A stretch of DNA of 63,681 nt, filler included, from Dimargaris cristalligena (lineage: Eukaryota), in NCBI GenBank assembly GCA_003614675.1. It is 3 parts of 3 records of this genome, joined end to end, with 100 filler letters (N's around TTAATTAATTAA, not from the genome) between each part and the next. Parts side by side here need not be neighbours in the genome. Positions count along the whole stretch, not along the records: positions 42,576 to 63,681 come from ML002671.1; 2 more parts are not named here. One strand, 5' to 3'. The notes beneath the pieces are model-generated. The model did not search any database. It was not told the DNA's origin and saw only the letters and a program-made list of their open reading frames with translations. Below are positions 49,558 through 60,778 of the stretch, one piece after another; position 1 is the stretch's first letter, and the number at the start of each line of letters is the position of its first letter. Position numbers and translations under genes: made by a program.

Positions 49558-52500
49558 ATGACCAGCGAGGCCTCCCAAACCCCCAAACCAGCCCGAGCCA
49601 AACCATCTGGTACGTTATGAAGACATTTCTCCATGAAATATAGTCGCTCTCTAAGACCCAAGTTTAATGCACCATGGTCTCGGCATCACCGGTAATTCCA
49701 TTTTTTTTTTCAATATCCCCATTCGCCAGTCCCATTAATCTCAACTATATGCATGCATATATATCATTACCGCTTCAACTGCCCCACTCATTCGCTTAAA
49801 TAAAGTAAGTGCCCCCCGTAGTCCATGCTCCTATATAAATTCCACTCCCACTCTTCGATAGAGTATCCGGTCACTAACCCACTCTAAATGCCCTCGTTCG
49901 GCCTTATCCCGCTTCTACCCAGGAAATCATCAACCTTAAGAAGGGCCGCGTCAGTTGCTCAGAGAGTAAAGTCAACCTGCTCCTTCATCCATCCACCGTC
50001 ATAGGTACGTGTCTTTGCGTTATACTCTACGTTGATTCCTGGTTTATTACATTCTATGTTTACAATACCCCCGATTTAGACCATTTCACATCTAATATAT
50101 ACCCCATTTCCCCGCTGCCTCTATTCTCTTTTAGCACTCGGTGATTTCCACCGCCAGCGGATCCAAAAACAAACTGCCAACGAATCCAGTCCCCTATTTA
50201 CCAACCTATCCGAGTCGTTCTCATCCCTAATTGCCGCCCTTGTCCAGGAACAGGAGCAGGAACTGACCCAGTTATCCAAGTACATCCAACATATCCTCTT
50301 TCCTACCGAATTTGGTGATGTCTCTATCAAGGCTGAAACCGTCGTTCCGCTAACGGTTATTGAATCTTCTATTATTGATGTGGCCCAGCGCACCAATTAC
50401 GGGCTGAATCCCGCTCCCCCCACCCAGTCCGATAACCCGGCAATGCCCTCTTCTTCATCTTCTTCATCTGCCAACGTGTCTGTTTACCGCTGGGAAGTCC
50501 GTGACCTCGACCATCATTTCCCAAGGGATCTCAGTCGCTTCTTGACTCGTCGCCGGGAAAAACGGCAGTCGGCTAACCGGTCACTGACCCAACATCTCAG
50601 CGAGCTGGACCAAAAGGAGGTGACCCAGCTTCTTCAAACACCGGGGACTAAGAGATCCAAAAAGCGTCAATTCAGCGACCTAGTGGTCCCCCCCGGCAGT
50701 GCACCCACCACACCATCGAAAGTAAGTCTATAGAGTAACCTTGAAGTGTATTCACAAGCTAGGGTTTGATAACGAACATTATTTACCAGAACAATCCCCA
50801 CTAGAGTGCAGTGCCGCAATTAAGCCGTCAATATATCTCTATTTTTTTTATCTGGGATTAATGGTTGATTACTTACCTTAATATGTGACCTCGCTACTTA
50901 ATTCTTCCAGCCGTCCGTGTCTGATGGTGGTATAGCTGCAACCGACGGTATTTTAAGCGAAGCGGCTGAGCCCATATCTGACGTCACCGGGACCATCGAC
51001 CCACCTCCTAAGAAATCCAAGGTAAGTCAAATTAGCTACCCTATCATCGGTGTTCCCCTCCCGCCTAAGCCCCTCCCCCCATATCCGGCTCCTTTGCCTC
51101 CACGACTTAGCCCCACCCAACCCCATATATTAACTGCAATCTGCCATACTTCTGTGTATTCACATTTCCCAATTTCCCCAATCAGTTGAATGAAAAAGAC
51201 ATCAACAGTCAGGTAGGTTAAAGCCCGAGATGGAGGGCTTCCAAGTCCCCTTAAACATGTGCTTGGGACATGCCACATTCGTCCAGGGTTAGTATTCCCA
51301 CGTTTCCAACATTGCTTCATCACTCATTCCTAATATATCCTCTCTTTCCAATATTGGCCACAACCCTAATCCTATTAGACCAAACTCCAAGGCTTCTTCA
51401 CCAAAGTTCTTCGAGCCGACTCCGGTTCGAGTGACCAGCAGCACCGCCCATCACAGACAGAATACGAAAAGTGCTTCAGGAAGTTCTACTTGCGGCCGTC
51501 AACTACACTGGCCACCCCACCTTCTTCTAAAATGCAGTTATCATCCGATTTTGACGACCTCGTGATTAACGCGGATGCTAACCCCCAACCGTTGGCGCCC
51601 TGGTCTGGTAGGTGATATTTCCTATTAGCTTTCGTATTGCCTATTGTAATTTCTTCAGCATCTAGCTGGGTACTGGGTGACAGGGGTCCTCTGGTCACTA
51701 ATACCGGGTTAATCCCTTGCCCTTATTCGTACCCGGCCCCTAATTTCGCCCTTTTCTAAACCTTTCGTTCTCTCCGCCGGTAATCTCGTCCTATTTGTTT
51801 GGTAGTGGCTCATCTGAAAAGTCAGTTTAATATCCCTGACATTCGCCGGCGCTTCGTAAGTTATGGCCGCTCCCGGCTTCGGGCTTATTCGATCCTCCCC
51901 GATAACGGCTCAGTACAGGTCCAGTCCGCGGTAGATGATGCCGGCTGGGCTGAGAGTACTGTACTACCGGTTGATACCACTCGCCTATCTGCACCGACCA
52001 ACCCTAACGCAGAGCTATCGCTCTATAGCACAGATATCACGTTCATTGAAGACGACTTTAAGGCCACCCGCTTGGCCGCTTTCAAACTTCTCCAATTTAG
52101 TGAGAATATCCGGCCACCCTACTATGGTAAGTTCGTGTCATTCTCAGCATTGTGTCATTGTCATGCCTTTTCTACGAGCATGGTCCAGTACGATTGTTAT
52201 TTTGCATCCCTAGTCACGGTGCCATCTAAACTCTCCTTAGACGTAGTTTATGCCACCACATATATTAACCCATGTTTTACCCCATAATTTGCCCAATCAT
52301 TTCGCCAATGGATTCTACTACTACCAGGTACGTGGTCCAAACAAAGTCGAGTCATCAGTGGTCGGCGTTGGCTGGCCAGGGATGAGAAGGCCTTGAACTA
52401 TGGAGTGGATAGTGAAGCCGAATGGGAACTCGATGAGGAAGGCGAGGACTTGGCCACCGACGATGAGGGGGAAGTGGATGCCGAGGACGATCTGGACAGT

Positions 52501-53882
52501 GAGGGCGTGGGGCGAGGTGATGGCCATCTAACTGGTCTCGGGGGAGGTGACCATGACGATGAAGAGGGACGAGGGTGGTTAGTACCTGAGGGCTACCTAT
52601 CTGAAGATGAAATTCTCAGCGATGATGAGTCGGAGGTAATAACAGCCGGCCCCGGGCTTAAGGGTAAACCAGCTAGTGGCCCGCAGCTTCACCAGAGAGT
52701 GGTTCAGCCCATTGTACCGGTTATCCTTGGGCCATTCCATCCTACTCTGGGTCAGTGGCCTATTCCAGCTCAGCTTCAGTGGATCGAGCAATATCGCGTT
52801 CAGCCTCTGCGAACTACCCAGTGGCCGCTGGCCATTCAAGAGACCAAGCCCAAAATGGCGGCCCCTGCCAAAACAAGCGGCGTAGAAATGACCCCCAAGA
52901 AAGGTAGCTCGAATGCCCCAGCGGCGGCTACTATTGGTGGTACTCCTTCTAGTACCAGTGTAAACACCGCCAGTGGTGTTAGAACCCCGGTCAAGGCCCC
53001 CGCAGCCGAAGCGGGAAATGAGGTCAAATCACTGTTGGTCCGTAAAAAGGCTAAGCCCGAACCAGCCGACCTTCTAACTATTGCCAAGGTAAGCTTGGTT
53101 TTCCTATATACTGTAAGAACGTTATACGCAAGTGATGATCTTTCAATCATCATGCCAACGAGGTTTAGTTTTTGCCCAAGATTGCTTGCCGTATCCCTAT
53201 ATTAACCTAATCGTCCCCAAATTGATTTTTTTAACCTCGCATGCTTTCCCCCCAGATTTTACATGGTAGTTGGGATAGTATTCCGACCCTTACCGAGCGG
53301 ATCCAACAGCCTTTACCCACGTTTTCTAAATATCAGATCGAACAGTGTATCCGTGACTTGGCTGTTAAGGAAAAGCGGGAAGGTGATGGTAGGCCTCGGT
53401 GGCATATTAAAGACGCTGTCTGGCTGGCCCAACTTCCACCACTCTCAGATCCACTCCAGCCGGGAGTGCCTACCCCTAATCAGCAACCAGTGCCATCGTC
53501 TTTGGCATCCACTGTCCCTCCATCCACCCCCAAAACCATACGAGTGACTCAACCGGTTGCTGGTCCCAGCCCTTTTGGCAATAAGTCGACTCCGAGTCGC
53601 AATGGTTTAGGTCAGTCTAGCCTTTCCACCTTCGTCCGTTCGGCCGAGGGTGGTACCCCGGGTTCATCAAATAGAGGCTCCAAGCAAACTCCCAGAAAGA
53701 CCCCGATCACATTGGGTCCCTTGAAGTGCCCCGAGGTGTACGTTTTGATCCCTATCCAGTCATCTCCTTCAAAAATCCATCTTCCAGCACCACCGAAGGA
53801 AATAAAAGCCTGCAACGCAGCCCGTAATTTAATTGACTTATCCGAACACAACGAAGTACCGGCTAAACGACATGCTGCCTAG
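49558..53882 (+). CDS. RLF2: Chromatin assembly factor 1 large subunit (Cac1/Rlf2/p150), multi-exon
   Basis: KLLQFSENIRPPYYG|TWSK...NYGVDSEAEWELDEEGEDL, acidic ED region, WLVPEGYLSEDE and a C-terminal winged-helix-like exon. Phase-consistent exons: 49923-50004, 50135-50721, 50911-51021, 51186-51212, 51379-51607, 51806-52126, 52328-53088, 53256-53882. Linkage of the first exon (49558-49609) is uncertain because of a phase mismatch. Confidence 0.85.
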
Positions 53883-54588
53883 CGTAACAAGTGGGCCTGT
53901 ATTTCATAACCTCTAAGTTTACCTTACTTTTCTTCGCATTTTTCCTTTGCCCTCCAGTCAGATTGACTATATTTTTAATGATTTTTAAGTGTCGGCTTTT
54001 ATTTATGTCTCAATAGCCTTTTGTGGGTCACCTAGTTTGAAATATATGTGATTTTAATATTGTGTAAGAAATTAAGTATGCAAGAAGCCAAAGTGTAGAT
54101 TGACTGAATTTAAATAAGCTAACGGTTCCAAATAATACCACTATCAGTGTGGAAGCTCTTCAGCTCGGGCCGCTGGGTAAGTTCCAGTGCAATGGACACC
54201 TTAGTACTATTGGTGATTTACTGACCAAGGGTCTAATTTTATCTATGATATAGACTAGTCGACATTCTCGTTGGTCGAGTACACAGGTAGTTGCCGGTAC
54301 GAAGGGTTATTGAATTTGGGCAACCTTATATGCTTTTGTTACTTTTTTTCTTCTATTTATAATAGTAGATTATTATTTCAAACTCCGCTCTAACTTCACT
54401 ATTTCTCTAATTTAAACTGGGCATTAGGGCCATTAGCATACTAACAAGCACTTACCTCATCTTTCCATTCCATATTCCACGCACTTACCCATTCGCACAA
54501 TCCCCGTCCTCCACGCGCGCACGGTCTTAGCCCTAATTTAAACAGTGCTTACACATCTCCTATATCCACGCAAATTCGTTTTTGGGCC

Positions 54589-56777
54589 ATGGCGGCGAAC
54601 GACATTTCCTCATCTAAATCATCAAACTTACATGTGGTCACTCCGCTTATTCATTCGACCCCATTGAGTCTATTAGCAGGTTGGTAAGTGGGTGCTTCCA
54701 ATATTTCTTAAACTATTAATCCGATGGTGGAAAACCCGCCCGCTCGCAAAAGCGCACACATACGCGTGCGCACTTTATTCAACTCTTGGATTTAAGTTAG
54801 TATACCTAAATTATTGACCTAATCTATATATCAAATTGCACTTGGTCATCTTCTACATATATCGGGGCGTGGATGGGTTGATAACCGTACACCTATTAGT
54901 AACGTTTGGCTCAAATGCGAAAACCTCCAACCCGCCGGGTCTTTTAAAATTAGGTTCGTCTAAGTTTTTATTTAAATGGCATCCGTCCATACTGGTATTG
55001 TCCGTTGCCGGGTTATTTACAACAATGGATGCGATAAGACGAAACCCAGCCCGATTTCTGGATCCATGTGTATAACCTAGCCTAAAATACGACATTGTGC
55101 AATCTCTAAATCACTCTAACGATTATTATTAAAGGTTATCGACTTGTCTGTACTTATATATATATATATAGAGGCATCGGTTTGGCGGCCCAGTCCGCCA
55201 CTGAAAACGGAAATTGTCAGGGTCTAGTAACAGGATCACAGGGCAATGCTGCCATTGCCCTTGCTTATGCAGGTCGGCAGTTGGATGTACCGGTTACCGT
55301 TTATTTACCGAAATCCACAAGCCCATGGCTGGTGACCAAGATAACGCAAGAGGGGGCCACTGTTCATCCGATTTGTGAGGTAAGTGGGTCGAATCAGTTT
55401 ATTGGTCTCGCTTTCCCAAAATACACACCGACATACCGGTTAAAAGTCGGGAGGCTGTGCATTATTCATCCTTTATACGTAGCTTCTTTTAGACTGGCGG
55501 GACGTGGTCATTGGTTAACTAGTGTAGACTCCCACAATATATATATATATATATTCAAAATATACCTATACGATATAACCTACCTTCTTTACCACCCCGG
55601 TATTCCTACCTCTCCTTCTATATTTTTTTGGTTTCCAGGATCTGGAGAACGCCATCGACCAGGCGCAGCATTTTGCGCAAACCCGTGCTGGCTGGCATTT
55701 CATCCATCCCTTCGATGACGCCACCGTCCAACTCGGTTACGTTCCCCTCATGGCCGAACTCCAAGTCCAGCTCCACCACCTCGAGCCCCACGCCATTCTC
55801 TGTGGCGTAGGCGGGGGCGGCCTCCTCGCGGGGCTCCTTCAGGGCCTCAAAACTTTCCAATGGCCTGACGTTCCCGTGGTGGCCGTCGAAACCCACGGCA
55901 GCAACGTGTTCCAAAGGAGTCGCGTGGCGGGGGCGGTCCAGCGTCTGGAGCGGTGTAAAACGCTGGCCGGTAGTTTGGTGTCCCACCAGCTGTCAGCAAC
56001 GGCGTTTGAACTGAGTCTGTCCCATCCGGTCATTCCGTTTGCCGTCTCGGATCCCATGGCCGCTAATGCTAGTCAGTTATTCGCCGGTAGGTTTATCATC
56101 ACCCACCCCTCCCCGGCCATTATTAGTGGTGTTTTTTCCAATAGGCACTGGCGAGGACAGTAACGGGTGTAGTGTGTGACTGAGATCCAAGTGTAACTTG
56201 ATGGTCAGGGATTATTCCCCACTAACAATTGCTTACTGTCTACTAATCGTACCGATGTATTTACTATACTATCCCTGCTCCATTCCTCACCTACCGACAC
56301 GCAAATATGTATATTATTATGGCCATCTGGATATGTTGATAGATGACCACCAGATGATGGTTGAGCCAGGTAAGTGGTGATTACGAAAGTACTTCACAAT
56401 AAAACTAGATTCACCGACAGTTTTTCTTTGGATTCGCCCTATCGGTGTCAATTCGCATCACCAGCTAACTCATGGCGAGATATTGGTTATACCCCAATTA
56501 TGCAATTGCCTTCAACCATGTAGCCTGCGGGGCCATCCTCAGCCTAATATATAGTGGCGTCATCCGCGATGTTGTACCCAATCTGCAGCCCGATAGCCAT
56601 ATTGTTGTTATTCTAACCGGTCGTAACGATATAACTATAGGCAAACTGAACGACTTTCAACTGAAGTATGCCAACCCGCCCACCATTGTCAAGTCTGGAT
56701 CGGAAATCTACATGCGGTTAGCTAATGATTCTGAATTGATGGGGGATGGCACTAAGGATACGCCATCACCCGTGTGA
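54589..56777 (+). CDS. PLP-dependent L-serine/L-threonine dehydratase (Cha1/SDS-like); exons 54589-54683, 54900-54953, 55172-55379, 55639-56086, 56343-56369, 56524-56777
   Basis: LHVVTPL, VWLKCENLQPAGSFKIRGIG (PLP lysine), FIHPFDD, CGVGGGGLLAG, VVAVET, MVEPACGA. The six exons sum to 362 codons. Confidence 0.88.
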
Positions 56778-57836
56778 CTATATGAGGAGGAGTGTGGTGC
56801 AGTCACTAGGGAAATCGTGGTCAGTCGGCGCTAGCAATTGTGTTTTTGACTCCTTTATTTATTTATTTTTGAAAAGGACTGTATGTATTTCACTTTTGTG
56901 TTTTCATTTTTTATTACTTGGTTTTGTTCAGATGTACTTTTTCATACAAGGGATATGGAGCTAATATATAATATTATCATGAACTGTTGCACCGAGTATT
57001 TGCTCGGTTGGTCCATGTACTGCGATATATGGGCTAATATTTAATGTGGGAGAGATTTGGTTTAAGCTGGATAGCAAAAAGCTCGTTTAGTGACCCCTTG
57101 CAATATCCTACATTTAGATACCCTCGGGAGAATGATTTTATTGAACCGAAACATGATCGAATCGCCTGGTTGTGTCCACGACTTGACTTCCTAGGGGCCA
57201 CTTTATATTTTAATGGCGACTTGGTCATTTCATTGTATGACTGGGCTGGGCAACCCAATGTAGCACTTGACAATAAACACATTCATTGTTTCGCCGAGGA
57301 CGTGTGTGTACAGTGACTTAAAATAGGGCTAAACTATACTAAAAGTGTAGACGATGGCCCAAGACAAATAGCGATTTTATAACTTGAAAAAATAACAGCA
57401 GCTTGCCTGGAATAGCAAAACAGACCGAAGAATATTACCACAGGATAAAGTAGTACACCAATGATAGTCTTTAATAAAATTGATTATTCTCAGCTGTGAG
57501 AGAATGGGGGGGTAGGCAATAAATGCAGCATCCTTGTATATTGCTGGCCCTTACCCCTGTCATTGTAAAACATACATATTTAGCACAGCCTATATGCTAT
57601 TGAATCGAGTATCTGATAATCGCCACCTCGAACGTTTATTGATAGGAGACAGTAGTGGTAAAGGGGGAGTGAGAGGAATAGAACAAAACCCCCTATTTAT
57701 AGAAACAAAATACGGATAAGCTATCGCATCGTCCTGAGGGCCTAGCTAACTAGAGGTCAAGGAAATATAAAAAGCAGGTGCTGCGAAAGGAAGACTGCCT
57801 GAAGAAAATGTCCAAGGCGGCGGAGGTTCGGAATAA

Positions 57837-59515
57837 TTATTGCGGGAGGGGAACTCGCGGAGGAGGTAAAGTGCGACGAAATTTTATCAAGTCTAGCTGG
57901 TTTTCGAGAACACTAGGAGGTAGCCAGAGAGGCTCATCTATTTCTAATCCATGGTCTTGCAGTAATTCCACAGCAACTGAACGAGGAACTCGGATGGCCA
58001 ACCTGGGCTTGCCACTGGCATCGCGGTGCGGATACACGAACCCGCCGGCTGTCCAATCGTCCAGATAGTAGGGGCCCACGTCAGAATAGATACTTTTCCT
58101 CAGCTTTTTTGAAACCCAGTGCGCCAGCATAACCGCAGTTGTACCTAAATTGATCAGCCAGTGTATCATTTTGCCCGGTATAGAATTCGTCAAATTCCCA
58201 ACGCAACAAAATCATGTATGGTGGAATAGCTTGGGGAAATATAGAGTTGGGCCCAATCATTTCGATTAGTTTTCCCAACTTGACTAGTTGTCCGGTAGTG
58301 GCAAGAACCGTGCCAATACTGACCATCACGCGTTTGGCGACAACGAATATGGCGACATTACGCCATTCCTCCCCGAAATTTCCTCTGAAGAATTTGTGTA
58401 CTCGTTTCGGCCCAAATTGCCCCTTAACATCATCGGTGGGTATGGCGCGTAGGGACTGATGTCTGACTTTATCAAGCAGCTCAATGATATGGCAGGAGTT
58501 CATCCAGGCTGTATAATGAAAAATCCATTTGATGAGGTAAATATTACTGGTCAAAAGTTATTCTCCCACATATTCTCCCATATATATATGGTGTAAAATC
58601 TTATACAGTTGGGTTGAAGTTCACCCATATCAACCACAGAAATTCTCGATAAAGAATCTAGCACAGGGAATAAGACGCGCCTTCCATCGTTGTTTAGTCC
58701 AGTATAATCCAAAAAAGCCCATTCCTCCTTGATGTCTGCCTGACATTCATCGTTGTAATAGTAGACTCGGGAAATCCTCTCATAGGCAGTCTGACTAAAA
58801 AATTCTCTTTCTTCTACATAAAGACCACCACTATTACGCCAGGCGGGGTACATAAGGGCATCCATCAGCTGCATCGGGAAGAGGGTTTGCAATTTTTCCA
58901 GGGTCATGGGAGCATCACTCGATGTCACAGATTTGGTGTCTAAAACCTTTCCAATAGTAGAAAAAAGAAAATAGACACACACCAATAACATTCTATGAGT
59001 CAAAATAGGGGTTGGTCAATGGACATGAGGATATAGTTGAAACTCAAGCCCGTTGGTAACATGAGCATAACTCAAAAGGGAGTCATCAAAATAGAGGAAC
59101 CAATTTGGATAATGGCTAGCTGAGTGAGTGGCAGAGGGACAAGAAACATATTGGGGATGATATAAGTATACTTGCTCGGAAAAGTTCCTGGGTGGTTCTG
59201 TCACGATTAGTCAGGGTGTTAAAATGGTTGCTTACGGTGGAAAGTTGGAAGCGGTCATTCGCAGACAAATGGCCCAAAACCTCATAGAAAAGTCCAGGTG
59301 GCAGGGAGTTTAGCAATTTAGTGGGCGGATTTTGGGCCGACGTATCGCCGTTTGTTTGACTGTCTTCTTCCGCCCCGCTAGTCGGAAATTCAGCCGCATC
59401 ATAAAATATAGCACCATCAATTTCTTCACCTAGGCCGATGTGTTGGGGGCGACCAGCAACACTACAAAACCAGGGCCAGGACCAGCAAGGTTACGGGAAC
59501 AAGGTACGACTTCAT
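57837..59515 (-). pseudogene. Disrupted gene for a signal-peptide + F-box-like secreted protein
   Basis: MKSYLVPVTLLVLA[+1 nt]WFCSVAG-RPQHIG...LLNSLPPGLFYEVLGHLSANDRFQLSTVSNHF (F-box-like). Intron ~59175-58947, MITE insertion 58490-58627, and a further frameshift near 58095. Confidence 0.7.
58490..58627 (+). mobile_element. MITE-like element, copy 6 (138 bp, TA-flanked), inserted in coding sequence
   Basis: TA|TGGCAGGAGTTCATCCAGGCTGTATAA...TTATACAGTTGGGTTGAAGTTCACCCA|TA. Removing 140 nt fuses ORFs 58551-59003 and 58081-58554 in frame. Confidence 0.88.
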
Positions 59516-60650
59516 TATATACACACGGAAGTTGGTGGGGGGGTGGGAGGTGAGTTAAAAAGATGGGTGTGGCTAGAGACGAGCTATTCCTGGCGGTCGA
59601 ATATGGCTGTGAAAAGCAGAAGAGCTGAAGGGAAAGTGGGTATAGGCTGAAGTATGCTAAACCGGAAGTAGGTGTGTTGGGTATGGTGACGAGCGAGAAA
59701 TGGATTGATTATATACTGGGGACAGGAGACTAAAGCGGAAGTGCAAGTGCCAAGAGACATCCGAGGAGGAAGGGGTCCTTGAGCAGCCTGTGCAGGTTGT
59801 CAGTAAAGCCAGAGGCCAGTGGTAGATCACACCACGGCTAAACGATCAATGCGAAATATAACCACAGGTGTATCACTTAATTTACACAGGCCTTGCAATG
59901 GGGCCACTGGGGGTAGTTCCACAAAAATGGGATGGGGGGGGATATTTCCAAATCCTATTATTGAATTAAGTTGCATACCCCTCTATATTAAATCTATTTA
60001 TTATAATGACCCTAATACAGCGCCAGCAAAGATAGGTGGCCATAACTCTATAGATATAAATGGTATGACCCTGCAGTGCGAATTATCTCTTCGGTGCCTT
60101 AGGTTCCCGACTGGCAGTGAAACTCCTCATCTAGGAATAGCCACTACACGAAGATCTCTTAGTCGCCCACCTCTTTATTGAGCCCGAGTCACCCAAAAAG
60201 AACTTGATAAATAGAGCGAGAGGGTTAAAGGATAGCAGCTAACTAATCCACCACCACAACCAGATGTGGCGTTTGGCATGGCCATCAGCCCCCTCTTTGG
60301 CCATTGCATATTTGCCAATGAACTTCCAACTAGGAGTTTCCGATTGGGATTTGTGTAACAATCTAACCGTTTCCCTATTGCCTCTTTTTTACACAATGTT
60401 TCTTATGGCTAGGAAGGAGTATGTCCGCCTACCTACCCCTCGAACTTTTGTATGCCCCCTGCAAAGCATGGTGCATAGCTACAGCTCGCTAAATAGTGCA
60501 AGGTAAAGGAAAACCCCGTACCGAACTGCATATCTACTTCTCTAGACGGATGGTTAGGAATAACTGGATACCACCGCAGGCCAAACACACCAATAGATTC
60601 TTGTTCAGTATGGCACACTCCTTTATGGCCTTATAATATAGTATACAATA

Positions 60651-60778
60651 TAGGCGAGGCTCAGCCTAGCTTAATAATATAGATAACTCACTTGACGTGA
60701 CTGATTTTACTGTTTAAATTAAAATTACCTATTTATACGCCCTGAAGATTACTGTACAATCGAGCACAATTTATTCCA
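60651..60778 (+). mobile_element. Possible highly degenerate MITE copy 7
   Basis: TA|TAGGCGAGGCTCAGCCTAGCT...AATTTATTCCA|TA; weak end similarity only. Confidence 0.35.

Noticed and set aside
57044-57316. 90-aa ATG-initiated ORF
   Set aside because: No motif, signal peptide or splice support.
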